Source: Catajapyx aquilonaris (taxonomy: Eukaryota). From it: a stretch of 37,368 nucleotides of DNA. The DNA lies in contig JYFJ02003885.1 of the NCBI GenBank assembly GCA_000934665.2, positions 1 to 37,368 of the forward strand, written 5' to 3'. Numbering within the stretch: position 1 is the stretch's first letter; each line of letters starts with the position of its first letter. This document shows, in pieces, positions 11,121 to 22,727 of the stretch. Made by a program: the position numbers and the translations under genes. The notes under the pieces are model-generated. The model saw only the letters and a program-made list of their open reading frames with translations, had not been told where the DNA came from and made no database searches.

Positions 11121-11930
11121 ATTGACAACAATATAATAGCTGTAATTTGTGGATTTAAATGTCATAGATATTGTAAGAGACCTTTGCGCACTATATGTTA
11201 CAGATATGCACTAGAGTTCATAATATATAGCACTGTTACTTTTCCACCCAAAAAGTGTCGTAAAAGTCTTATGGAATTGAATATTGGTGTAGCAGGGTGT
11301 AAATATACCAATAATAATGTGGTCAACAAAAATATTGGGTAGAAAGTATAGAGGAATGAGAAAATGAAGAAAGCTGCAGGGCCCTGTCTCTGTGTCAACA
11401 ATGGCCCTCTTGGAGGAGGCTGCCCCTTGTTGACTTTGCTCTCGGCAACAGACAGGGGAGGACGCTACCAGATGGGTTCCATACCAGTTGAACGGAAGGA
11501 AGATACGGATGGATGGATGGATTGTTGGACGGATAGGGGGAGTCTGTGGGGTGGAGAATCTGTTGCCGGACCTCCATTTGCTCCCTCTCAACATCTTCAG
11601 CCCTGCAGCCAAGCTGACTTCATTTTTATACTCTGCCAATCCCATCGTTCGTCAGTGTTCCATGCTGTGGGTTACAGCAACCAGCAAAAATTCTTCAAGA
11701 CAATCATGAATGATTTTCTTCATCTGCTGTATGCCAGCCTTCAATAGACCTATCTGTAGAACACATCCTCCTATTTCTGCGACTGACAGAATATATTAAC
11801 AGAATATTTTCTGTACCGGCTAATTCTTAAATTGCACCCGCAACATATCTTTCCCAATATGATATTATCAGGGACTCACAGATCCATTGAGCAAGTTATT
11901 GTAGCCACCAAATCAAGTCAACTGTGTTTG

Positions 11931-11986
11931 TACAGCACGGCTAGGACAGCTATATTCATGAATATAGCTGTCCTAGCCGTGCTGTA
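11931..11986. repeat. 56-bp perfect spacerless palindrome
   Basis: TACAGCACGGCTAGGACAGCTATATTCA|TGAATATAGCTGTCCTAGCCGTGCTGTA, checked base by base. Confidence 0.97.
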
Positions 11987-12042
11987 TTTTAAGGGGTGTA
12001 CAGTACTATGGTGCACCATAGTACTGTACACCCCTTAAAATA
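11985..12042. repeat. 58-bp perfect spacerless palindrome (possible Kolobok-type mini element)
   Basis: TATTTTAAGGGGTGTACAGTACTATGGTG|CACCATAGTACTGTACACCCCTTAAAATA. The TTAA-GG ... CC-TTAA arrangement fits Kolobok termini. Confidence 0.95.
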
Positions 12043-15000
12043 TATTCTTGTGTAGCACTAGCGTCAGCAGCCGCCTTCGACTGTCATAGTTAGTTCAAAT
12101 GTTGTGTTTTTCCTGTCTCTGTAGAATGATGGAAAATATTCCTGGCGACGAAGGAGTGGGCGAAGTATACAGTACTGTACAGTACAGTAGTTTGGAAGGC
12201 CGAATGAGTAGCCTGCGTGGTAAATCCAGTCCTGTTTTCCCACCGATTTGCCAGCTCCCTAATGGGCAAACTTGGCAACAAAAGCAGGAAGGTTTGTGGG
12301 GGGAGGGTTTGCACTAAGGAGGTAGGAGGGTTGCTGCCAGACAGATTTGTCTCCACCCAGCTCTTCTCATCTGCATATCGATCGAGAAATCGGTCAACGC
12401 AGCAATCCTGTCGGCAAGTTATATGAGGATGGTGAGCTTGGATCTTGGCACGGCCTAAACTTCTGCAAGATAAAATAATACTTCGTAACCTAATCGGGTC
12501 AAAACCTCTAGGCCGGAAATCAACGCCCTTTCATTTCAATGTTAAGCTTGTCACATTGAGTGTTTGCGCTAAGTACTTATCTTCCCCGTATTATTTCTTA
12601 CGCAGAAGGCTGCATCGATGCATCTAGCTATCACTGAAGAGCACGTGCGGAGAGTTTCCAAACTTCAGCACCCACAACAAAATCCTCAATAAAAAAGAGA
12701 GTGGGTGTGGGGAGGGAGAAGAAGAAGAAGAAGGGAGAGAAAACCTTCTGAATTCGGTCCGCGTCTCTTATTGAGTAGATTTTCGTTTAGATTGGTACAG
12801 TCTTCTGGCTATCGTTGTCCCTCTAAAAAAAAGATGAGGTTGAAGGAGGGCAGCGCTGATTGGAACAAAGGCCGAAATATTATAACAGTTAGCTACATCA
12901 ATAATTGTACTAATTAGTACTAACTTAGGCGTCAAGTTGTGTCGTATGTACCCACACACTTATTCAAACTTTATTTTATTAAGAATGCTTAATGTAACAA
13001 TATTTTACAGAACTAGTTAGTCGCGTGTTATTTATAATATTACCACGGTACTCGCACTTTTTCCTACTTCTCTAATGTGTGGATTCGAGCTTGACCCGAC
13101 TTGTGTGACTTGGTTCTGTTGGGAAAGTTCAAAAGAGATTTTGGGGCTTTCGAGTAGAACTTCTCTGCCAGAAGCAAATGGAGATTCATCGGTAATCGAA
13201 ACAGAGACGGCAAGTTATCTAATTACGGTTTCCTTTTCCTGTCCAGTAAGGTTGAACCTCCAGGCAAATGGTATATACCTTGCTTCCATCCACTTTTAGG
13301 GCGCCGGGCACACAGAATCTACAGTGTATAGTATAAGAATCCATCAGCTCAATAACCCCCCAGTGTGATATAAAATCATGTCAACACACATTGACACATA
13401 CCATTTTGTATATGACCAAACTGCGTATGGTACATTTTTCATGCATTATTATATCGTAGCCATTCTATTTTCTACAAGAAGTGGGTGACAAATTTCTTTC
13501 GCGACAGGCCAGGCTGGCATAATCTGAGCGCTTCAATGCATTCTACACCTGTCTCAGAAGGCTATCATTTCATGGCTGGAGCACGGATCTCACGTGGCCT
13601 TCCGGTTCAACTTGTTGCTATTCGGTTGAGATCATTTCCTGAGATAAAACTTCTTGTAGCCATGAGAGTAACTCAATATAAGTTATAACTGAAATAACTG
13701 TAATGTGACAAAAAAATGGCTTGGAAAGTTTTAAAATCCACTCTCATCTCCACCCCAGTGAATCATCTTATCCGCTCTCCAATGAAATTAATGTGCTTCA
13801 AGACAAATCAGAGTAGAACTTTCAGAAAGGGGTGAAAGCAGAAGTGATTTTGGAGGGGAAATTGCCACTAAAAGCTACAGGGACTGGTTAATAACAAAAT
13901 AAAAATATTTTAATTTTGTACAATGTAAAGGGTCGTTTCCCGGTGCACAATCTGCTTTGGTTTCTCATTTGTCATCTTCATGTAATCTTTGGAGAATCTT
14001 TGTTGTGCAATAATATTGATGGATGTCATAACCTATACAATCATCAACTGTTGCATGACTAATTACATAATATACGTACCGTGCCCTACTTAACAGGATG
14101 AAAACAATCAATAACTTAAATTTTAATGCCATGGCAGCATACAGATCACAAAATATACACATGAAACAGGATGATGGACACTACTGGCTTGTGTCCTTCA
14201 TACTTTTTTATTATGCCTTTGTACATTTTCAAACACCAGGCAGCATTAGTAGATCATGTGATATAGCCTACCTGTGGCGTGAGGTCGAATATTCAAAGAG
14301 AAACCCGCAATCATTATCAGTGCCCACAACTGTGAAAACTAGAGGTTTTCATATCAATCGTCACATATTTTGTTGAATGATATGTCGCATAAATTTAATC
14401 AATGTTTACCTAGTAGTAATCATAAAATACACCTATATGATAACACACAATGTGGCGATATCAGTTTTGACATCACAGGGAATAAGTCGGTTGCCACCTA
14501 CTTATTTAGTAGAATCATGCATGTGTACATTTCTTGACTTAAGGAGTACTTCTTGTTGTACAGTAGGCTACTTTCATACAGTATATTATTCACTGGCATA
14601 TAATATCACCTACAGATTAATGCCGGCGTGTGTTTAGATTACGAAGACACAGTTTCATCTCCAAGCAATGCAGCAACGTTTTCACAAGCATAAGTTAACA
14701 TCTCATCAATTTTGTTACTGCTCCTTAATATGGCATTGGAAAGCGGAATCTAGTCCTTTGATTACAGCTATCATCAATCAAAGTCGAGTTAGGAGCTGCG
14801 CTACAGTAATCATGCATATGGGCAAACGGCATTATCAGTTAGACTCTCAGTATAGTAAATATAAATGGATGCGACTGCAGGATACATCTACAGTACCTAT
14901 ACTAATGAGACAGAGCCAGATGATGAAATAGGCTTATCTTACTATGTCAATTCAATAAATTATATAAAAGCAATATTATGAGCCGTAAAAAAAATAAAGA

Positions 15001-16282
15001 GAAGAGGCTTTTAAATTCATTATTTTGGACCCTGAAGAGAAACATCACAAATCAAACCCAGCCGCGTAAGAAGTGTACTGGCTATGTAAGATGCACACAA
15101 GGAAACAATGGTAGACCTACAGAACAAGAGGTTGAGGGTACACAAAAGAGACACTTGTTTCCCAAGTTTGTTGAGGAAGAGGTGAATTGGAGCTGAGAAA
15201 CCTGCTGGCTTTTGTGTAGGGGACAACATGCAGTTGCTTAGCTGTCAGGGGAAACAAGAAAGACAAGAGCTTAGTGCAAGACTGCAGGTGAAGGAGAGGG
15301 CATGTGGGAATCCTCCATCAATCCCAGCCATGAAAGCAGCCCCATTTCGGGATTTCCATCCTTTTGCCGGATGAGCGCCATGGGGATTTCACAAGCACAC
15401 CTTTCCTGTTCCTGCCAACCAAACAGTTAAACTAAAGCGACCTGCTACGTGTCTGCTTCCACTAGTTATTTTCATCTGCATTTTGACCTAAATATTTTAA
15501 AAGCAACTTCCACATTTGTTTGCCATTAATTAGGGTAATCCTCTTTCTGCATCAGTGAACGGAACAAGACGAATTAGGTCAAACCTGATCCGACCAATAT
15601 ATTACAATAATGAGTCAAGTCATGCAGGCTACATAGTGTTATAACCAGTATGGTGTAGTCCAGGTGTAGTCTATTATGTGAAATATCACACAGACTCTAA
15701 TGTAGGTCTACAGTATTTACATTAATATCAAAACCAGACTGGAAGTCTTAACTCAGCAACCTTGTCTTAGCCAGCAACTAGTTTAAAGTGAAGCCACAAT
15801 CATGACCATTGAATGTGGCCTTCATTGTTGTATGCAACGGGCTGCTTCTCCTCATGGCTGCTGGAGTGACCAATGCATAACTTATATTCTCTCATCTATC
15901 CTCCTCTGGCACTGGCCGCTTGAGAAATGCAACACCATGCGCATAAAACGTGATTGCACATTTTCCTAGATATTTCAGATATTTGAGCTGAATATACAAA
16001 CGGCTGGGATTCTGAGCCCATTTTACTCGTTCGTATACGGCCACACTGTGCTCGCCGTTTTGTATACAAGGTTTCGCATCAGTTTTTCCTTTCGTTGTAA
16101 AGAGAGCTGGGAGTGAATTTGAATTATGATTGTCATTCTCATATGTATGCTTCCAGTAACGTCCCAGTTGACATAAAATTTAGTTTGTGAGGAAATTGAT
16201 ATCAGTACAGAGAAATGAATTGGGTTCGAATATGAAAAGGCATCTCCTATAATTATACATGTTGGTATAACTCATTTTTATG

Positions 16283-16578
16283 ACCGAAGCAGGTTGGCAT
16301 AGTGGATAAGGCGTCCGACTGCTAATCGGGAGGTCCTGGGTTCGAATCCCGGGGCCGGCAACTCTGACAGTGGTTTTCTGTGGTTTCCCACGGTCCTTCC
16401 AGGAAAATTCCGGAGTTGTTTCCGTAATTAACAGGCCACAGCCGCTTCCTTCTGTCCCTATCCCATCCCAAAAAGTGCAGTAAAATGAAAGCAAAGAGTT
16501 CCAGGCAAAAGAAAACTTCCCCCCTAAAGAGCCGGAAAAGGCTGATAACGGGGTATGCATTATTTATTATTTATTATT
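16283..16578 (+). mobile_element. tRNA-derived SINE, family 1, copy 3
   Basis: 17-bp TSD TATAACTCATTTTTATG (16266-16282, 16579-16595). Intact A and B boxes. AT-rich repeat tail. Confidence 0.95.
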
Positions 16579-16791
16579 TATAACTCATTTTTATGTGGGG
16601 GTCATGTTTTATGGCACGCCATGAACAATCAATAACTTTTCAATACCACTCCCTTGAACTGGAGACTTGGACAGTTAGGCACTTCGTACTTGAATCCAGA
16701 GTAGTATATAAGTTGAGTGCGTGGGTAAGACGGCTAACTTATCCCAAATCTAACAATAATTAAAGATTCATTGGATCGTTGTTTCATAATT

Positions 16792-17866
16792 GAAGCGCTT
16801 ATTGCAAAAAGGGGACTAGTCACCATTTTGGGGGGTACTGAGTTATTGCTGTCATCATATAGCAAATGATGTCACCTACGATCCTATGTGGAAATGAAAC
16901 ATGTCCGCACACCATAAGTATGGTAAAACGAGTGAAGGTTTCAGTTTCATTTTGCTGTGCAAAAAGGAGGCTTCTCTCTTGACTAATCCACTTTCCGCAC
17001 CAAACTATATCCATATATATTATCATGGGTCTTAATAAAAATGGTATTTGGAAGGAAAAATGTTGTGCCATTCGTATTAAGTTATTTGTACTTTGGTTTG
17101 CAGGTTTAACAATATTGCACATGTTTTCACCGTTTTTTATATCATCTGGAGTCATTTTATTTAACCGCATTTTGGGGAGTGTTATAAAGCTATGATAAGG
17201 TTTTGATCGAAAAGGGGACATGTCATGCACTTTCGCCACTTTAAAAAAATCGCCACATAAATGGATTACCCTGAATTTTGTTCATATGATGTTTCATAGA
17301 CCTCCTAGTAGAAAAACAAATATCCATGTAAGGTGACCATGAGACGCTACGGACAGTTTTTTTTGTGTTTTTCTCAAAAATGCTAGGGGCATGACTATAC
17401 AGGGTGTATCAAAACTCTACCATAAGCCATGTACCAATGGCATAAGGGGCACCAGAGCATCATTTTATGTAGAGGGGTCATCATGTCTAGGCAGCCACAT
17501 CACGTAGATAATTGACCTCAACCAACTAGTATAAAATATCCTGGCAGGTATGTAAACATTCAGCCGCCATCGCGTCACAGGTGAAGGTCGCAGCTATTTT
17601 CTGGGGGGCTACTGCCACACTGCTATTGGGGTAGTCACTAAGGGCTCTTAGAATGCAGTTCCCACCAGATGCACTGCTATTCTACAATCACGCTTAAGCG
17701 CAATCGCTACTACGCAAATGATCAATTATCTACGTAATGTGGCTGCCTAGACATGATGACCCCTCTAATTAAAATGATGCTCTGGTGCCCCTTATGCCAT
17801 TGGTACATGGCTTATGGTAGAGTTTTGATACACCCTGTATAGTCACCTTTTTGAAGTAAACGCTTC
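16792..17866. mobile_element. Non-autonomous TIR element with AATT flanks (Sola1-like)
   Basis: AATT-GAAGCGCTTATTGCAAAAAGGGGACTAGTCA ... TGACTA[MITE]GTCACCTTTTTGAAGTAAACGCTTC-AATT. The 4-bp AWWT duplication suggests Sola1 (inference). Confidence 0.65.
17400..17837. mobile_element. Tc1/mariner-type MITE nested in the right TIR of the AATT element
   Basis: TA TSD. CAGGGTGTATCAAAACTCTACC termini. ~115-bp near-perfect TIRs. Confidence 0.92.
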
Positions 17867-18967
17867 AATTATACCTTATGTGTACCTGTATTGATGAATG
17901 ACTTTTCATATTATAATTTATGCTCGTGGTGGGAAAGAAGGTGAGATGCCGTCCACAGTCATAGGCTCATAGCTAAAACTCTCTGGGCGCACCATCGGTT
18001 AAATCATATAGGATGGCATCATAGAGAGAGGGTTTTTTTATATAAAAAAAACCATCGCCTGCCTGACTGTCTGCCTGCCTTTCTTTCCCTGGGGGGTCAT
18101 GCGACACTCAATTTGCATATATCGGCAAGCTCCTGGAGGAAAAGGGCCAGGGTGATATCCGGGCACCGTCTCTTTCCTGGAGAACAGGAGTTAGGCCCAA
18201 GAAATGGGTCGATGCTGCCAGGTCATTGCATTAGCATAACTGGGTTATTTTTAGGGGTGAAGGCGATGCTTCCTTCGGGATTTTAGTATCCGGATATCTG
18301 GCCCGGTGCAGCAGCCCAGGAGGAAACCCGCAAAACCATGCCTATTTGACAAGTAGTAGACCACTGAACATGAACCTCTCAGCTCTTCAAAACGGGAGGT
18401 CCAGTTGTACCAATGCAGCTGACCATGTGGACTTGGCCAAAGTGAATGAACATCTCCAGGTCGATGGGAAGCATGGGAAGGTACACGAATCGCCAGCTTT
18501 GGCAGATGGCTTTCGAGATGGGGGACCCTGTCGGCCAGCCATCAAAGATGGGCGTCTCTTCCATCTAGCGAAATTCAGCAGTACTAAAAGTCATACCGCC
18601 GTTTAATGAGCGTTGTAAAAATTTTATGCTTTGTGTCTGGCATTATTGTTTATGCCGTGCTTTTGACAGCGGAAAAATGGCGAGTGTTGGTTAAAATCAG
18701 CCGTATTTGCATAGCATAAAGCGGTAGCATGCCTTTTTGCTGCCTCTTGGCTTCCGATATCACGAGGACCTTTAAAGGTCTCCTATTCGTTTTGATCATA
18801 TTATTGGCCGAAAGGAGCGTAGGAGAGTGAAGAAGAATGGAGGAAGGCGACAACGCCGACGAGCTTCCAATTGATTCAAGTACGCTTTGAAAGCAGCACT
18901 TGAAGCCACTGACACGGGGTCGGATTCCAAGATTGGACTCAATTTGATCCTGCTTGGAGAAATGAAT

Positions 18968-19067
<100 letters not shown>

Positions 19068-21307
19068 CATTTTTTGTGAGCTTATTCGGCGTTTGGAAAC
19101 TCTCGGGATTTACTCCTATCGTCGTCACTGTAAAAGGCATTCAGCTGATAAATAAATTATTTCCCTGCTATGGGCTATGCCTCTAGTCAATATTAATTGC
19201 CTAGCGTCACCTTTTAAATAAAATATCACAATAAATACATATATTACGAACTAACTGCGTCATGGATTATGCCGTCTGCAACATCGTCAATTTTGCTAGC
19301 TCAGCAGCAAAGACAATGCATAATGCACGTATGTGCGTGACATGGCGCCGAATTATTAGAGCAGAACTTGTCGACAAAGTAATTAATACGTAAAGGGTGT
19401 TACGTGATTAAATTATGCCGGAAGCTCGTAAACGCATCAAATTATCCTGCTTGCTTTGATTAATAACTTTTGCAGTGTACTGTGACATGGAGGTTGAGAG
19501 TAAATGAGGTAATGCGGTTGAAATTATTCAATATCCACCTGGTGTAGTGTTAAATGTACCGAAGGCTTCAATCGCACAGAGTATTTACATATTTTCTCTC
19601 TATATTTCACGCACATGTATTCGCAAATACACCAATTCCCACACCTGTACACACACCGCCCACTGTACACACATTTACATGAGTGTTTGATCACATCAGG
19701 TTATTAGTATAAGACCATCAGGACCAGTCACATGGCTACCGACCAATCTCGTATGACCATGCTGTATCATAAGAGCCTACTCCCTGCACCCTCGTGCTTC
19801 CAAATTAACCGCCATTATTAACGAATATACGCCTATTCATTAATAAATATATGCTGGTAGTATGTAATTAACCATTTGAACCACTCAAACCAGTCTGAAT
19901 ATTTTTGTTGTTTATTGGTGTAATGAGGCGCAGCATGAAAAGTAACAATGCAACTCCCTTGTTGTTATTGACAAATCAGTCCTACATTGCGACACCAAGC
20001 ATATGTAGGCCTACTTTTCATAATTAATGCCACTAAAACTATGATGCATTTATGCCCCAATTAATAAATTGCGGTAAAGCCACCCATTGCATTGTAGTAA
20101 CCGGTTCATGGATGTAGTAGAGACATTTTAAAACGAGCATGGAGGATAAAAATGGCCTCGGTTGTGAAAAATAACTGCAGGCTCGATTCAACTGAAAGAG
20201 TGGTGGCAAGCTTTTCAAAACCGGGTCTTGATATCCCCTGATATATGAGGCAAATTTATGCGCGGATAAATATTAAATATGAGAAGCGACATGCATCATC
20301 AAAAGCCTGTGTGCATAAGCTGCTCTCTACGCCATGGAATGTTGGAGTCAAAAGGTCTTTCATGAATTCCAGCTTGGTTTCATTCGAAACTGCGGCACAG
20401 GAAGCCAAGTTGAGCTCGGCTCGTCAAAGATCTCTTGTGATTAATGCAGACGTTCGCATCTTGCTACCTGCCACGCTCAAAATCCTAACTGCTGTGCACC
20501 CTGGAACGAGTCAACTACTCTACTAACACTCCAACTTTGCGGAAGAAGATCTGCATTTACTTTGGGAACCATTACGACGACCTTAGCAGTTCTAAATAGG
20601 CAATTTAAAAATTTTAGAGTCGAACTCTTGTCAATAATAGGTCTGCTCTAGTCTTCTGCCAATTTAGGAGGAAACATAAATACACAGCGTCATAGTAACT
20701 GGTACTGATTTCAGCCAGCCCATTGTCTCCCATCTCTGTTTTCTCTCCAGTTGGATTCCATGCCAGGGTAAGAGGGAAAACAAGCCACGAGTAGCTGGCA
20801 CACACTATGCACAATATGACTGTGGCGATGCAAAATATCCAGAAAATATCCCAGAAAGGTCTCAATCGTCACGTAGCCACAACGGATGTATAGTGTTATT
20901 CACCTCGCGGGCAAAACAAGCAAATATGTGAAGCGTAAATAACATTTTGCAGATATATTAAATCGCCAAGTGAGCATTCGCTTTAATTCGATGTTTACCA
21001 AAAATGATAAACATGCAAGGTGAATGTACAGTAGGGTACTGGAAAAAACACATCTCGAGTTCCAGTATCGGTATGCGCCCATTGTCTTAACCGTACAATG
21101 CGGCGCCATCTGCGCATTCTTTTCAGGTACATAATAAGTGTGTCCCAAGAGACAATAAGGAGCCAATGGAGATGTCGCATAATCCTGGTATTTGTAAATC
21201 TACCAATGGTTGACTGCTACGCAGAACGCACGTCGCGTCGTGGACATTTTTTTCCAGGAACTTAGTTCAGTCCGTACGACGTGGGGAGGGGAAGGGGGGT
21301 GACAGCA

Positions 21308-21887
21308 TATAAAAGACACCCAAAATTTCACTCCTTCACCAGTTCGCCTGAAGTGCTTCTAGGTGACTTTCCCAGCTCTCATCAAGTGTTCCAAGCGACA
21401 ACCGACATCAACCATGGACACCGTCGGTTCGAGTACGGCCAAGACACTCAGAAGAGAACAACACTACCTGCCTAATCAGTGTTGAACTCTTGCAGGGGTG
21501 AAATCTACGCTGTCGTCGTCATCCTCCTGATCGTGGCTTTTCTGGCGATCCTGTACCACGTCCTGCGCCTCTGCTTCGAGATGCTCTTCCCTGCTGAGTC
21601 GGACAGCACCACCGAGCAGAAGGATGAGAACGACATCCAGCTCTGCGGGGATGAACAGAACATTGGCTGCTGAATTCTCAACTGAGAAGGTAACTGACCA
21701 TCGAAGTTGATGGTGGCTTGTGTACTCATAGTGATTTTACTTTACAGGAAGGACCTCCCGGTGACATCACTGCCCTGCCTGCAATGGGAAGCTGCCACTG
21801 TCTTCAAATGCACCGGGCAGATTTTGCTGGGGGGGAAGCCGATAATGTGCTGATGGCACAGATGATCAAGGATTAATAAAGAATAAA
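21308..21887 (+). pseudogene. Compact 3-exon gene, probably decayed, for a small N-terminally membrane-anchored acidic protein of unknown family
   Basis: TATAAAA 21308; ACCATGG 21411-21417; branch CTAAT plus TTGCAG acceptor at 21495; GC3-rich exon GEIYAVVVILLIVAFLAILYHVLRLCFEML...; 58-nt intron 21690-21747; last exon open for 42 codons to TAA 21874-21876 overlapping AATAAA. Needs ~1-nt corrections at intron 1 and near 21665. Confidence 0.6.
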
Positions 21888-22044
21888 AATGACAAACATG
21901 CTGTTTCATTAGCACCGTTCATTGCCATACCGGAACCTCAATCCCACTCTATAAGTAAAGCGACGACTTGGTTTTCGACTTGGGAAGGAAGCATAGGACA
22001 GCAACTCAGCAAGGGTCAGCTAGGTTGGAGTCACCCAGGGGGAC

Positions 22045-22314
22045 CAGCCCCCGGACACTTCCCCTACAATCTTATCTTATCGCCTGCATGATGTGCTCAC
22101 CTGAGAGCGCCATAAGACCTTTCATTGCGCTATTATGTGGCGACCCTACCGGACTACGCTGAACTTTATAGGTACAAAAGGGAAGCGCTACATTGGGGGA
22201 CCCAACATGGTCGCCGGCGGCCATGTTGGGCCCACATGTAGGTGAGCACCTCATGCAAAACGCCCCGGCCAGGCGGTAAGTGTGAGTGTCCAGAACTTAG
22301 TATTCTGGACACTC
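22045..22314 (+). mobile_element. PAL subfamily A, copy 2 (right arm internally deleted)
   Basis: Starts CAGCCCCCGGACAC. Arm sequence matches 7471-7772. Jumps from CACATGTAG to GTGAGCACCTCATG. No TSD seen. Confidence 0.85.
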
Positions 22315-22352
22315 GTATAGTTTATTACATTGCTCACCCTGTGAGCTTAGAA

Positions 22353-22727
22353 CAGCCCACGGACACTTACTTATACTACGTTCTGGCGTTATCACCTGCC
22401 GAGGCATTTTGCAGCGGGTGCTCACCTGAGACCGCCATGAGACATTTCGGAGGCCAGGATAAGTGGCGACCCTACCTGATTAGGCTGAACTTTATAGGTA
22501 CGAAAGGGGAGGGCTACATGCTGGCCCAACATGGCCGCCGGCGGCCATGTTGGGCCCCCCAATGTAGCCCTCCCCTTTCGTACCTATAAAGTTCAGCCTG
22601 AGTCCGGTAGGGTCGCCACTTATCCTGGCCTCCGAAATGTCTCATGGCGGTCTCAGGTGAGCACCCGCTGCAAAATGCCTCGGCAGGGGGTGGGTGGGAG
22701 TGACCAGACCTTACTTATATGACCGTG
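22353..22727 (+). mobile_element. PAL subfamily B, copy 3
   Basis: CAGCCCACGGACAC ... TGACCGTG. ~290-bp palindromic core centred on GCCGGC. Homologous to 29820-30189. Confidence 0.88.

Noticed and set aside
11211..11755. Overlapping 127-144 aa ORFs on both strands
   Set aside because: No recognisable domain, partly driven by a GGAT repeat, and an in-frame stop separates the candidate acceptor from the minus-strand ORF. A UTR or exon cannot be excluded.
14740..15200. Possible piggyBac transposase C-terminus (RKKCTGY, KWMR)
   Set aside because: Too few matching residues and no TTAA/TIR boundaries found.
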